Of a stretch of 64,000 nucleotides of DNA, positions 29,705 to 39,647 are shown one piece after another. Source of the DNA: Candidatus Marinacidobacterales bacterium (GTDB lineage: Bacteria; Acidobacteriota; Vicinamibacteria; Marinacidobacterales; SMYC01). A program made the position numbers and the translations under genes. The stretch covers positions 384,001 through 448,000 of the forward strand of contig CBDCYI010000011.1 in the NCBI GenBank assembly GCA_965224085.1, written 5' to 3'. Numbering within the stretch: the first letter of the stretch is position 1; the number at the start of each line of letters is the position of its first letter. The notes beneath the pieces were generated by a model that ran no database searches, was not told where the DNA came from, and saw only the letters and a list, made by a program, of their open reading frames with translations.

Positions 29705-29733
29705 AGTATAACATCGACCCCTCCCCGCGTCTA
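29705..29733 (-). promoter_or_regulatory. Putative sigma70 promoter for the SLT gene
   Basis: TAGACG-17 bp-TATACT with extended -10 TG. Confidence 0.55.
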
Positions 29734-29878
29734 CAGTAATTCTAGGAGTGTGGGTAAATACCCTCGGTGGAATCCCCACCGCGTACCATCCATAAATCCC
29801 TCTTCTTTCTTAGCTTGGAAGGGCCTTCCTTGCCGCTTGTAGGGGAAAACAGACAGTGAACTTTTTTCGCCGTCTGCG

Positions 29879-32482
29879 TCAAACTCCGCCACGCGCGGCG
29901 GCTAGCGCTTCATGAAAACCCATCCACACTATAGAGACGACAAAAAGCGCGAGAATCATCCTTGCGGCTAGACCTTTTTCGTAAAGCCAGCCAAAAACAA
30001 GTCCCAAGCCGACCGCGATCGCCGGATAAGCGAAGTAGTGATGTTTCAACAAAAAATTAAAGGCCAAATCGAGGACCGCGAAGCCGGCGAGGATGGCGCC
30101 CCAGCTGTAGAGGAGCACCCGTGCCTCGCACGGGCGGGCCCGGGTCAAGCCGACTAAACCGACCACGGGAACGAGCCAGGTGCCGAACGTGTAGGCGAGT
30201 TTCCGAGGCTGAGCCGCGAGGCGCGCTGTGACATCGACGCCTCCGCCGGAGCCGGCGAGAAGCTCCGGGAGAGATTCGGTGACGAATGGAAGCGCCCAGT
30301 GGATATAGTAAAGAACGAAGGACATCCCCCACGCGATGAGAAGCAGTGCGGCGAGTCTCTTGGCGAGGTCGAGCTGCCGTTGCCAAGCGAAAGTCGAGAC
30401 CGCGCCGATCATGGCCAAGGACGCGAAGAGCAGTGAGCCGGTATAGGAGAGACAACAAAGCGTCCATAGCGCCGTGGCGCACCAGAACATTGCGCGCTCC
30501 GAAATCCGGTCGACGTGCACGATGACGAATCCCAGCGCCAGCACCCCGGCCCAGGTCCCGAAGAGGGTCATCAAATGGCCTAGTCCGAGGAGCTGGTAGC
30601 CGATCGGCAGAAACGCTGCTGCCAGAGCGGCGCCGACACCGGCGCGGCCGGCGCCGACACGCGTGGCCACCAGTGCCGATGCGACCGTGACACCGAAAAG
30701 GAGTGACGCGAGGAAGAGTTTCGTCAAAAGGACGAACCAGAGCGGCGGGAGAGCGGCGAACGGAGAGGTGAGGATGTGGTACAGGCACGAGTGCGGCACG
30801 ATGAGGTTCGCCCATTGCGCCTGGCGGCTCAGCATACTGCCCGGAAACGGAAGGTAGTAGAGAAGAAACCGCCCTTGCCAAATCTCCTCCGCGATCGCCG
30901 TGTGGAAGTCGAAATGCCCGCCTTCATAGAGCGGGGAGGCGGTCGTCAAGAAGGCGAGGAAGAAGCCGCCGACCGCGACCGCAACCGCGAGCGATGACAG
31001 GGCGGGGGCGAGCTCACGCGCTTCAAGGGCCTCGAGAAAACCCCGGGTGAGCGCCGCGAGGATCAAGGCCGCGACCGCTGCTAGGAGCGTGGTTGGCAGA
31101 AACGGCGTGACGAGCACCGGGTCGAGCGCGAGCCCCGCGATGGCCGCCGCCCAGTAAAGGCCAGCCCCGGCGAGCGCCCGCCCCTGCTGCAAGCCTGTCG
31201 CAAGCAAGGCGGTCAGGATCAGAAGCCCGGCGGCTAGAACCGTGGTGAGCGTTCTCAGGGCAGGCATGGCGCGACCGCGGTCGACGAGAACACGATCGAT
31301 CCGAAGCACGTTGCTTGCACCGAGACCGGGAAGCTCGAGCCAGTGGCCCGCGCGCCATCCCCACGACGGTTGAGGGAGCTCGAGCACGAAAGCGTTCCAC
31401 GTGCTCGAAACATCGGCGACGAGCTCGGCGTCGGACGCTTTGATGAGCAGCCCGCGTGACGCGCCCGACGCCAACGAGGCGTGGACCTCGACGGTCCAGG
31501 GGCCGCCCGTACCAAAATCTCTTAGGTCGAGCGACGCGCCCGCTAGAGCACGTCGAAAGCTCACCCCCGCCTCCTGGTCGAAAGCCGCGAAACGCCGTGT
31601 CAGCGCGTCGGGCCGGCCGCTTCCGATGTCGAGCTCCAGTTTGGAGACGCTCCAGTGGCTCGCCACCACGCCGACGAGCGCCACCCCTGAGACGAGCACG
31701 ACCGTCCAGCTCCAAAGACCCGTCAGCGCGTCCGCGACCGACTGCACGCTGACGCGTAGCACCGAGCGGACGAAGCGCTCGCACGACGGCGCCAGCCAAC
31801 GCACGAGCGCGAGCGCGGTGAGTGACGCCGCCAGGGCTGGGACAACGAGAGTTGTCAAGCCGCGAAAGAGCGCAAAGCTCGCGGCTATCGTGGGCGCCGC
31901 AAAGATGGTAGCAGCTCGGCTTCCGCTCAGCGCGAATAACAGCAAGGTGACGAGCGCCGAGAAGAGCAATTGACGCACGGGCGCAACCGTCCCTCTGTCG
32001 AGAAAGAGCCGTGCACGATGGACGCGAACCCCGAGAGCACGTTCGTCCCCCGCTCCCGGAGAGAAGGTTTCGGAGCGGATGTCGACCGCGAGATCGGAGC
32101 TCCAAACACCGCTGGTCGTCACCTCGAGCGTGTAGTCGTCGATCCGGCGGGAGGGCGTTAGGGGCAAGCGCTCCCCGCCGGCCTCGATGAAAACGAGAGG
32201 CGGCTCTTGGCCGCGCGGACGAAAACCCGCGAGCGTCAGCTCGAGGCGCGCGCGCCCGCTCGCGCCGGGATCGCGGAAGACGAGCCGACTCCGCGCGCGT
32301 GACCAGCGATAGCCGAGCTCGGCGTCATGAAAGTTTTCGACCGCGAAGCTGCTCGTGAAGCCTCTCCCCATCTGAAGGTCCAAAGTGACGGGAACCTGAT
32401 AGGCAAGGGCGACGCCGAGCGGGGTCAGAAAAGCGGCAGCCGCGCCTACTTTCCACGGCGTGGAAAGGGAGTCTAGTCCCAC
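29879..32482 (-). CDS. Large polytopic membrane protein, possible GT-C-fold glycosyltransferase
   Basis: Two extracytoplasmic beta-rich segments plus more than 12 TM helices; directly follows a GT2 gene. Confidence 0.65.
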   Translation of the reverse strand: MGLDSLSTPWKVGAAAAFLTPLGVALAYQVPVTLDLQMGRGFTSSFAVENFHDAELGYRWSRARSRLVFRDPGASGRARLELTLAGFRPRGQEPPLVFIEAGGERLPLTPSRRIDDYTLEVTTSGVWSSDLAVDIRSETFSPGAGDERALGVRVHRARLFLDRGTVAPVRQLLFSALVTLLLFALSGSRAATIFAAPTIAASFALFRGLTTLVVPALAASLTALALVRWLAPSCERFVRSVLRVSVQSVADALTGLWSWTVVLVSGVALVGVVASHWSVSKLELDIGSGRPDALTRRFAAFDQEAGVSFRRALAGASLDLRDFGTGGPWTVEVHASLASGASRGLLIKASDAELVADVSSTWNAFVLELPQPSWGWRAGHWLELPGLGASNVLRIDRVLVDRGRAMPALRTLTTVLAAGLLILTALLATGLQQGRALAGAGLYWAAAIAGLALDPVLVTPFLPTTLLAAVAALILAALTRGFLEALEARELAPALSSLAVAVAVGGFFLAFLTTASPLYEGGHFDFHTAIAEEIWQGRFLLYYLPFPGSMLSRQAQWANLIVPHSCLYHILTSPFAALPPLWFVLLTKLFLASLLFGVTVASALVATRVGAGRAGVGAALAAAFLPIGYQLLGLGHLMTLFGTWAGVLALGFVIVHVDRISERAMFWCATALWTLCCLSYTGSLLFASLAMIGAVSTFAWQRQLDLAKRLAALLLIAWGMSFVLYYIHWALPFVTESLPELLAGSGGGVDVTARLAAQPRKLAYTFGTWLVPVVGLVGLTRARPCEARVLLYSWGAILAGFAVLDLAFNFLLKHHYFAYPAIAVGLGLVFGWLYEKGLAARMILALFVVSIVWMGFHEALAAARGGV

Positions 32483-32487
32483 AAGGA

Positions 32488-33222
32488 TCAGTCGCGCGCG
32501 GCGAGCTTGGTTTTGCGGAAGTTAGAGAGTTTGACGCGCAACCAGAGCCGCATGAGAGCGAGAAAAGTGCGGGGGATATCGGTCGGCCCCACCGTCGAGC
32601 TTCCCGCGGTGCGCGGGTAGTGCCGCACTCCGGTCTGCTCGTACTGGTAGCCGGCGCGGTGGAGCTGCACGACGATCTCGGTGTCGATGAAGAAATAATC
32701 CTCTTCGAGAATGAGGGACTTGAGCGCCTCGCGGCGAAAGAGCTTGAACGAGCAATTCAAATCACGGACGTCCATGCCGAACGCAAAAGAGGCCAGCGCG
32801 TTGTACCCGTTCGAGACCATCAAGCGGAAGGCGCCGTCTTGCCGGCCCACCCGGTAGCCGAGGATGGCGTCCGCTCCCTCCATCGCTGGGAGGAATCTTT
32901 CGAGCTCTCGAAGGTCGAACTGGTTGTCGGCATCCGTGTAGAAAATATAACGCCCCCGCGCCGACTCGAAGCCAGCCCGCAGCGCTTTGCCATATCCGAG
33001 ATTCGACTTTTGAGTCAGGACGAGAAGCTTTTGGCCGAGCTCTTGCTCGAGCCGCTTCAAAATCGCGGGGGTCTCGTCGCGGCTTCCATCGTCGACGACG
33101 ACGATTTCAAAGGCGTCGACGAGCGGCGCCACAGCGTCGGCGGCGCTTCGAACGGCACGCTCGATATTGCCCTCTTCGTTGAAGGCAGGCAGAACGATTG
33201 AGACGGCTGGGGTGGCTCTCAT
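32488..33222 (-). CDS. GT2 glycosyltransferase (DPM1/polyprenol-phosphate type)
   Basis: LPAFNEE, VVDDGSRD, YTDAD, DLNCSFKLF, DTEI. Confidence 0.92.
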   Translation of the reverse strand: MRATPAVSIVLPAFNEEGNIERAVRSAADAVAPLVDAFEIVVVDDGSRDETPAILKRLEQELGQKLLVLTQKSNLGYGKALRAGFESARGRYIFYTDADNQFDLRELERFLPAMEGADAILGYRVGRQDGAFRLMVSNGYNALASFAFGMDVRDLNCSFKLFRREALKSLILEEDYFFIDTEIVVQLHRAGYQYEQTGVRHYPRTAGSSTVGPTDIPRTFLALMRLWLRVKLSNFRKTKLAARD

Positions 33223-33273
33223 GAGGTCGGAGGATCTTAGCAAATCCGACCAGCGGCCGAAAGCGAGGGCAAA

Positions 33274-33582
33274 TTACTTGGAAGACCCCGAAGTGCTTGA
33301 AGTGCCCGTCTTGGCCTTCACCTTGTCCGACGTTTTCTTGTCCGACGTTTTCTTGTCCGACGAGCTCGACGATTCGCTCGAGCTCTCGTCCGACCCAGAG
33401 CCTTTACGGGCGTAATCGGTCACGTACCATCCGCTGCCCTTGAACTGAATCGCCGGCGACGAGATTAGCCGCTCCGTTTTTCCTTTGCACTTTTCGCACT
33501 TCTTGAGCGGAGCGTCGCTGACTTTCTGGATGACTTCGAAGCGGTGCGCGCACTTTTTACACTCGTACTCGTAGATCGGCAC
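33274..33582 (-). CDS. FmdB-family zinc-ribbon protein
   Basis: MPIYEYECKKC...CEKC...FKGSGWYVTDY; tail with SDKKT repeats. Confidence 0.92.
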   Translation of the reverse strand: MPIYEYECKKCAHRFEVIQKVSDAPLKKCEKCKGKTERLISSPAIQFKGSGWYVTDYARKGSGSDESSSESSSSSDKKTSDKKTSDKVKAKTGTSSTSGSSK

Positions 33583-33588
33583 TTAAAT

Positions 33589-33618
33589 AGTTTACGCAGA
33601 ACTAGCTCGCACCGTCAA
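33589..33618 (-). promoter_or_regulatory. Promoter giving a leaderless fmdB-like mRNA
   Basis: TTGACG-18 bp-TAAACT, 6 nt upstream of the GTG start, no SD. Confidence 0.6.
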
Positions 33619-33702
33619 CAAAACCCTTCTCATGGCGTCCCGTTGCAAAAAAACACAGTTGACGCGAGCGATAGAATAGCGCTATAAGATCTCCTAGATA
33701 TC

Positions 33703-33759
33703 ATGTTCTATCGTACCCGTTCGGCCCAGGATCGCTTTTGGCGGTGGTGGTGCGGCTGA
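33703..33759 (+). CDS. trpL: Trp attenuator leader peptide MFYRTRSAQDRFWRWWCG
   Basis: 18-aa ORF with three clustered Trp codons, upstream of a terminator hairpin and trpE. Confidence 0.85.
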   Translation: MFYRTRSAQDRFWRWWCG

Positions 33760-33793
33760 ACGGGGAGCCCTTCCGACTAAATTAGGATTCGAG

Positions 33794-33833
33794 GAAAGAG
33801 GCAACCCGTTGGGGGTTGTCTCTTTCGCGTTTT
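33794..33833 (+). terminator. trp attenuator terminator
   Basis: gaaagaggcaaccc-gttgg-gggttgtctctttc followed by gcgtttt. Confidence 0.8.
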
Positions 33834-33877
33834 ACGAGGCGCCTCCCGACAAAGGGACTTCGTAAGGTGAGAGGATC

Positions 33878-35392
33878 ATGAAAGCCAGAACACGCGTGAG
33901 CGTTCTCGACGACGCGGACTGCCGCACGCCGCTCGATCTTTTTCAGAAGCTCCGTGCGCGCTCCGGGGTCGAAGGCGCCGCACTCATGGAGAGCGCGGCA
34001 GTTGGAAGCCCGGGCGGTACGCGAAGTCTCGTCGTGCCCGAAGCCGTCCTGCGTCTCACCGTCCGCGGTGGTGAGGCACGATTCCGCCCGCTTTCGCCTC
34101 GAGCGAAGCGGCTCATGTGCGAGCTCGGCGACGTGCGGCGCCTGCCGACGGGCGCGAGCGATCCCTCGCTTCCGGATCACGAACGACTAAAGGCGAGCTC
34201 GGTGCTCGACGCCGTACGTGATCTCGCCGGAATCGTCGAAGACGAGGAGCCCGGCGAAGCACTTCCGGCGGGGGTCTACGGCGCGTTCTCCTACGAGCTC
34301 GTCGATCAATGGGAGGATCTTCCGGCCCGGCCTCCCGACCCATGGGACGAGCCCGACATCAACGTCGTGCTCGCGCTCGATACCATCCTCTATGACCACT
34401 TGAGCCGTGACATCCGCGTGGTGACGCGTTCTCTCGACCCTTCGGAGGATGGCGAGGCGGAAGCGAGGCATCGGAGTCTCGTCGAGGCTTTGCGCGGCTC
34501 GTCGAAAGAACCTCGTCTACCCACAAACGTTGTCGAGAAGAGTGCTGCGGCCGACATCAGCGAGCAAGACTTTCTCGCTTCGGTGCGAAAGTTTCTACAT
34601 CACATCGAAGAAGGCGACATCTTTCAAGGCGTCTTGTCTCGGGGCCTTTCAATGAAGAGTGATGCCTGCACTCTCGATGTCTATCGCGTTCTAAGAAAGC
34701 TCAACCCTTCCCCCTATATGTTTCATGTCGATCTCGAGGACGGCGTTCTTCTCGGCGCTTCTCCCGAGACGTGCGTCAAAGTCGAATCCGGCCGTGTCGA
34801 GATCCGGCCGATTGCGGGGACCGCGCCGCGCGGCTTTCGTGAAGACGGCTCCATCGACGAAGAGCTCGACTCACGTCTCGCCGTCGGTTTGCTGCTCGAC
34901 CCGAAAGAGCAAGCCGAGCACGCGATGCTCGTGGATCTTGCCCGTAACGACGTCGCCCGTGTCTGCCTTCCGGGGACGCGCCAGGTGGCGAAGCCTTTTA
35001 CGATCGAAAAATACAGCCACGTGCAGCATCTCGTGAGCGGCGTGACGGGGCAGTTGCCGCCCGAGCTCGACGCGCTTCATGCCTATCGTGCGGCGGCGAA
35101 CATGGGCACCCTCACCGGCGCCCCCAAACTGCGCGCGATGGAACTCATCCGCGAAACGGAGCCCTTCGCGCGCGGTTACTACGGAGGCGCGGTCGGTTAT
35201 CTGCTCCAAGACGGAAGCTTCGATAGCTGCATCGTGATCCGCTCGATGCGTTATCGGCAAGACGGCATCTACCACACGCGAGCCGGCGCGGGGATCGTCG
35301 CCGATAGCGAGCCCGCACGTGAGCTCGCAGAAACGGAGCACAAGGCGCGCGCTTGCCGGCAAGCGGTCGCGATGGCGGAGGCGTTGCCATGA
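33878..35392 (+). CDS. trpE: Anthranilate synthase component I
   Basis: NPSPYM, GASPE, PIAGT, AEHAMLVDLARND, NMGTLTGAPK. Confidence 0.96.
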   Translation: MKARTRVSVLDDADCRTPLDLFQKLRARSGVEGAALMESAAVGSPGGTRSLVVPEAVLRLTVRGGEARFRPLSPRAKRLMCELGDVRRLPTGASDPSLPDHERLKASSVLDAVRDLAGIVEDEEPGEALPAGVYGAFSYELVDQWEDLPARPPDPWDEPDINVVLALDTILYDHLSRDIRVVTRSLDPSEDGEAEARHRSLVEALRGSSKEPRLPTNVVEKSAAADISEQDFLASVRKFLHHIEEGDIFQGVLSRGLSMKSDACTLDVYRVLRKLNPSPYMFHVDLEDGVLLGASPETCVKVESGRVEIRPIAGTAPRGFREDGSIDEELDSRLAVGLLLDPKEQAEHAMLVDLARNDVARVCLPGTRQVAKPFTIEKYSHVQHLVSGVTGQLPPELDALHAYRAAANMGTLTGAPKLRAMELIRETEPFARGYYGGAVGYLLQDGSFDSCIVIRSMRYRQDGIYHTRAGAGIVADSEPARELAETEHKARACRQAVAMAEALP

Positions 35393-36072
35393 CCCGCCTT
35401 CGCCCTTCGGGCTTCGGCGAGGTAAACCCCCTCCGGGCTTCGGGCTTCGACGAGGTAAACCATGCTCTGGAGCGTGTTCTCGTTCTCGACAACCGCGATA
35501 GCTTCGTCTTCAATCTCGTCGACGAGTTCCGCGCGCGCGGTGCGTCGGTGCGAACGCTCCGAAGCGATCTATCCCTCGACGCTTGGACGGCGGCGCTCGA
35601 CGCTTTCCTGCCTCACCTCGTTGTCCTGTCTCCGGGCCCGGGACGACCTGAGGAGGCGGGTGTTACGGTCGAGTGGCTGCGAACGTCGCCGGCGGTCCCG
35701 GTACTCGGCATCTGCCTCGGGCACCAAGCGCTAGCACTCGCCGCGGGCGGCGAAGTTCACCGAGCGCCGCGGCCGGTCCACGGCCGCAAAGACCGCGTCA
35801 CCTTCCTCGAGGACGAGCCGATTTTCGAAGGGTTCGGAGGCTCGCTTCCGGCGGCCCGCTATCACAGCCTCGTGGTGAGGACCGTCCCAAAGATAATGAA
35901 AGTCGTCGCCACCGTCGAGGATAGCGGCGAGACCTTGGTCATGGGTATTCGACACAGAAGTCTCTGCCAACTGGGGCTCCAGTTTCATCCCGAATCCATC
36001 TTGACGCCGTTGGGGCGCACGCTCCTTTGGCGTTTTCTCGACGAAGCCAAACGTCACGGAGAAACATCATGA
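35389..36072 (+). CDS. trpG: Anthranilate synthase component II (GATase) with N-terminal repeat insert
   Basis: LDNRDSF, SPGPG, GICLGHQ, RYHSL, QFHPES. Confidence 0.94.
   Translation: MTRLRPSGFGEVNPLRASGFDEVNHALERVLVLDNRDSFVFNLVDEFRARGASVRTLRSDLSLDAWTAALDAFLPHLVVLSPGPGRPEEAGVTVEWLRTSPAVPVLGICLGHQALALAAGGEVHRAPRPVHGRKDRVTFLEDEPIFEGFGGSLPAARYHSLVVRTVPKIMKVVATVEDSGETLVMGIRHRSLCQLGLQFHPESILTPLGRTLLWRFLDEAKRHGETS
35397..35462 (+). repeat. Two tandem 33-bp hairpin-like units in frame at the trpG 5' end
   Basis: ccttcgcccttcgggcttcggcgaggtaaaccc / cctccgggcttcgggcttcgacgaggtaaacca. Confidence 0.85.
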
Positions 36073-37103
36073 TCCCGGATTTGATCGAAAGACTGCTCGC
36101 GGGTGAGACCGCAGAGCCCAAAGCTCTCGAGGACGCGCTCCATCGCATCATGATGGGTGAGGTGCCGCAGCCCCAGACGGCGGGTCTGCTCGTGGCTCTG
36201 CGTGTCAAAGAGCCCGACGCCAAAACACTCGCGGCCTGCGCGCGCGTGATGCGGGCGCATCGGATCGCGGTCCAAAGCGAAGTCCAACCGCTTGTCGATA
36301 CCTGCGGTACGGGAGGCGACCGCGCCGGGAGCTTCAACATCTCCACCGCTGCCGCACTCGTCGTAGCGGCTGCGGGGGGCGCGGTGGCAAAGCATGGCAA
36401 CCGTAGCGTCTCGTCGAAGGCAGGGAGCGCCGACGTGCTCGAAGCGAGCGGCGCGGCGTTGAGCCTCGGCCCGAAAGAGGTCGAGAAATGTCTCGATGCG
36501 ACCGGCTTCGCCTTTCTGTTCGCGCCCGTGTTTCATCCTGCGATGGCCAACGTGGCTCCGGTGCGCAAAGCGCTTGGCGTGCGCACGCTCTTCAATCTCC
36601 TCGGGCCGCTCGCCAACCCCGCTTTGGCCGAGCGCCAGTTGATGGGCGTCTACGACCCTTCGATGACTAAAGTAATGGCGGAGGCACTTTTGGAGCTCGG
36701 AACGGAAGGCGCTCTCGTGATCCATTGCGACGGCCTCGACGAGATCGGTTTGCACAGCGTGACCCAGGGACACTTCGTGAACGAGGGCAAAGTGGAGCCG
36801 TTCACTTTGGATCCCAAGGACTTCGATCTCGAGCCCGCGTCCATCGAGTCTTTGAAAGGCGGCAACCCCGAGGAGAACGCAAAGATCCTCGAAGCGGTCT
36901 TGAGTGGCGAGAAAGGTCCAAAGGCGGACGCGGTCGCGATCAACGCCGCCGCCGCGCTCGGCGTCGCGGGACTGACGCGCGATCTTGCGCAAGGGTTGAA
37001 GGTCGCGCGCGAAACGCTCGCGAATGGAAGCGCGGCCCGTGTGCTCAAGCGCTTCGTTTCAACGAGCCAGCGTCTCGCCGCTCTGGAGACGAAAGCCCGA
37101 TGA
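36069..37103 (+). CDS. trpD: Anthranilate phosphoribosyltransferase
   Basis: DTCGTGGD, FNIST, KHGNRS, GLDE. Confidence 0.97.
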   Translation: MIPDLIERLLAGETAEPKALEDALHRIMMGEVPQPQTAGLLVALRVKEPDAKTLAACARVMRAHRIAVQSEVQPLVDTCGTGGDRAGSFNISTAAALVVAAAGGAVAKHGNRSVSSKAGSADVLEASGAALSLGPKEVEKCLDATGFAFLFAPVFHPAMANVAPVRKALGVRTLFNLLGPLANPALAERQLMGVYDPSMTKVMAEALLELGTEGALVIHCDGLDEIGLHSVTQGHFVNEGKVEPFTLDPKDFDLEPASIESLKGGNPEENAKILEAVLSGEKGPKADAVAINAAAALGVAGLTRDLAQGLKVARETLANGSAARVLKRFVSTSQRLAALETKAR

Positions 37104-37843
37104 GCCTTATCGACGAGCTCATCGCCAGCGCGCGGGAGCGCGCCGAAGCTCTGCCGCCACGGGAGTGTTTTCCCGAGCGGGCTCCGTCCTTTCGAGAGGC
37201 TCTTCGCGGCAAGGCGCATCTCGATGTTATCGCGGAGTTCAAGAGAGCGAGCCCGAGTCTCGGCGCCATTGCCGAGCGCGGACTCGAAGACCAAGTGCAA
37301 CGCTACGCCCAGGCGGGCGCCGCGGCCATCAGCGTTCTCACCGAGCCATCACGCTTCAAAGGCTCTTTGTCGGATCTAGAGCGCACCGTCGCGAGCGTAG
37401 ATGTGCCAGTCCTGATGAAGGACTTCGTCGTACATCGCGCGCAAGTTCGAGAGGCGGCGTTTCTCGGCGCGAGCGCCGTGCTTCTCATCGTCCGCTGTCT
37501 CTCCCGAGAACAGCTCAGCGAGCTCGCGCAAGCCGCGGTCGCGCTCGGCCTCACGCCCCTCGTGGAATGCCACCACGCGCACGAGCTCGAGCGCGCGCTC
37601 GAGATCGAGGGCGCGGTCATCGGGGTCAACAATCGCGACCTCGATACACTAGCGATCGATACGAGTCTTTCGCCGCGCGTACTCAGAGGCGTCCCGCGCG
37701 AACGCGTCGTCGTTGCGGAAAGCGGTTATGAGCACGCCGAAGACGTCGCCGAGCTGCGCGGGGTCGCCGACGCGGTCCTTATCGGCTCGGCGCTCATGAA
37801 GCTCGACGATCCTTCGCAAAGGATTCAGGAGTTAAGCAGGTGA
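37100..37843 (+). CDS. trpC: Indole-3-glycerol phosphate synthase
   Basis: IAEFKRASPS, SVLTE, KDF, GVNNRDL, AESG. Confidence 0.96.
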   Translation: MSLIDELIASARERAEALPPRECFPERAPSFREALRGKAHLDVIAEFKRASPSLGAIAERGLEDQVQRYAQAGAAAISVLTEPSRFKGSLSDLERTVASVDVPVLMKDFVVHRAQVREAAFLGASAVLLIVRCLSREQLSELAQAAVALGLTPLVECHHAHELERALEIEGAVIGVNNRDLDTLAIDTSLSPRVLRGVPRERVVVAESGYEHAEDVAELRGVADAVLIGSALMKLDDPSQRIQELSR

Positions 37844-38445
37844 GACCTTTTGTCAAAATCTGTGGGATCACGCGTCCCGAAGACGCCGTACTCGCGGCCT
37901 CGCTCGGGGCAACGCATATCGGCGCGGTTCGAAGCCCGACCTCGCCGCGCGCGGTGAGCGTCGAAAAAGCGCGCACCATTTTCGACGCGGTGTCCGACCG
38001 TGTGGAGACGGTGTTCGTGTTCCGAGGCGTCCCCATCGAAGAGGTGCTCGAAGACGCCTCAGCGAGCGGCGTGCGATCCGTCCAGCTCTACGACGCGGCG
38101 GAAGCCAACGTGCGCGCCGCCGAAGCGGCCGGGCTCCGTGTATATCGCGTATTCGGCATGGAAGAAGATTCTCGGGCGCTGCCTGTGCTCGACCCGCCGC
38201 CTTCTTTAGCCCACCCCGCGCTTCTCGATGTCGGTGGCGGCGGCTCCGGACGTCGCTTCGATTGGGCTCTGTTCGGCGCGCAGGCGCCGGAAGCAACGTT
38301 CATCGCGGGCGGGATACGCCCGGGCAACGTTCGTGAGCTCTTGAGCTATCAGCCTTACGGCATTGATCTGGCCACCGGCATCGAGAGCGCGCCCGGCGAA
38401 AAGGACGAAGCCAAACTGCGCGCGCTCTTCGAGGAGGTCTTCTGA
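37840..38445 (+). CDS. trpF: Phosphoribosylanthranilate isomerase
   Basis: [29 protein letters not shown]. Confidence 0.94.
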   Translation: MRPFVKICGITRPEDAVLAASLGATHIGAVRSPTSPRAVSVEKARTIFDAVSDRVETVFVFRGVPIEEVLEDASASGVRSVQLYDAAEANVRAAEAAGLRVYRVFGMEEDSRALPVLDPPPSLAHPALLDVGGGGSGRRFDWALFGAQAPEATFIAGGIRPGNVRELLSYQPYGIDLATGIESAPGEKDEAKLRALFEEVF

Positions 38446-39647
38446 TGGTTGAAGCACTTCGTCCGCGCGTCGGAGCTTTCGGAGAGTATGGCGGCCGTTT
38501 CGTGCCGGAGCTTCTTGTGCCTGCGCTCGAAGAGCTCGAGCGCGCGCGCCGAGATGTCCTCCCGAGCCGCGAGTTTCGCAAAGAGCTCGCGCTACTTCTC
38601 GAAGAATGGGCGGGCCGGCCCACGCCGCTCTCGACCGCGCCCGCTTTCTCGCAAGCGTGCGAGCTCGAAGTCGTGTTCAAACGCGAAGACCTTCTTCACG
38701 GCGGCGCGCACAAGACGAACAACGTGGCGGGCCAAGCGCTCATGGCCAAGTTCTTGGGCAAGAAGCGCGTTATCGCCGAGACCGGCGCCGGACAGCACGG
38801 CGCCGCGACCGCCATGGCGGCCGCGCGGCTCGGGCTCGAGGCCATCATCTATATGGGCGAGAAGGACATGGAGCGGCAGGCGCCGAACGTGAAGCGGATG
38901 GAGCTTTGCGGGGCGACCGTCGTTCCTGTGACCGCTGGCGCGCGCACGTTGAAAGACGCGATCAACGAAGCGCTCCGCGACTGGACCAGAAACTTGGAAT
39001 CCACGCATTACTTGCTCGGGACGGTGTGCGGACCGCATCCGTTTCCGCGGCTCGTGCGCGACTTTCAGGCGGTGGTAGGCCGCGAAGCGCGCTCGCAATG
39101 GCGAAAGCGTTTCGGCGGCCTTCCCGATGCCGTCGTCGCCTGCGTGGGTGGCGGAAGCAACGCTATCGGTATCTTCCACGCATTCGTTCCCAAAAAACGC
39201 GTGAAGCTCATCGGCGTCGAGCCTGGTGGTGAAGGCGTTCACACGAAGAAACATGGTGCGACGCTCGTTGCCGGGACGGCCGGCCTGTTGCACGGCGCCC
39301 GCACGAGCGTGCTCCAGGATGACGAGGGACAGATCCTCGAACCGCACAGTGTCTCGGCCGGTCTCGATTATCCAGGCGTAGGTCCTGAGCACGCTTATCT
39401 TCGGGACAGCGGCCGCGCCCAATATCTGGCCGTTAACGATGGCGAAGCCCTCGACGCCTTTGAAAAACTCTCCGAGCTCGAAGGCATCATCCCTGCCTTC
39501 GAACCGGCTCACGCGCTTGCTTTCTTGTTGAAAGCGGTGCGGGAGGAGGCCCTTCTCAAAGGAGCACGCGTTCTCATGAATTTGTGCGGCCGGGGAGACA
39601 AAGACCTCGACACCTACTTCACGCATTTCACCGGGAGGCACGCATGA
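38445..39647 (+). CDS. trpB: Tryptophan synthase beta subunit
   Basis: [34 protein letters not shown]. Confidence 0.97.
   Translation: MVEALRPRVGAFGEYGGRFVPELLVPALEELERARRDVLPSREFRKELALLLEEWAGRPTPLSTAPAFSQACELEVVFKREDLLHGGAHKTNNVAGQALMAKFLGKKRVIAETGAGQHGAATAMAAARLGLEAIIYMGEKDMERQAPNVKRMELCGATVVPVTAGARTLKDAINEALRDWTRNLESTHYLLGTVCGPHPFPRLVRDFQAVVGREARSQWRKRFGGLPDAVVACVGGGSNAIGIFHAFVPKKRVKLIGVEPGGEGVHTKKHGATLVAGTAGLLHGARTSVLQDDEGQILEPHSVSAGLDYPGVGPEHAYLRDSGRAQYLAVNDGEALDAFEKLSELEGIIPAFEPAHALAFLLKAVREEALLKGARVLMNLCGRGDKDLDTYFTHFTGRHA

Noticed and set aside
33323-33362. 15-bp tandem repeat in the fmdB-like gene (and AAPSAPPV repeats in pilT, about 22010-22095)
   Set aside because: Ordinary in-frame low-complexity linker or tail expansions.
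39495-39605. TrpB variants EPAHA and NLCGRGDKD as inactivating changes
   Set aside because: The catalytic Lys and other motifs are intact, and such substitutions occur in other bacterial TrpB proteins.
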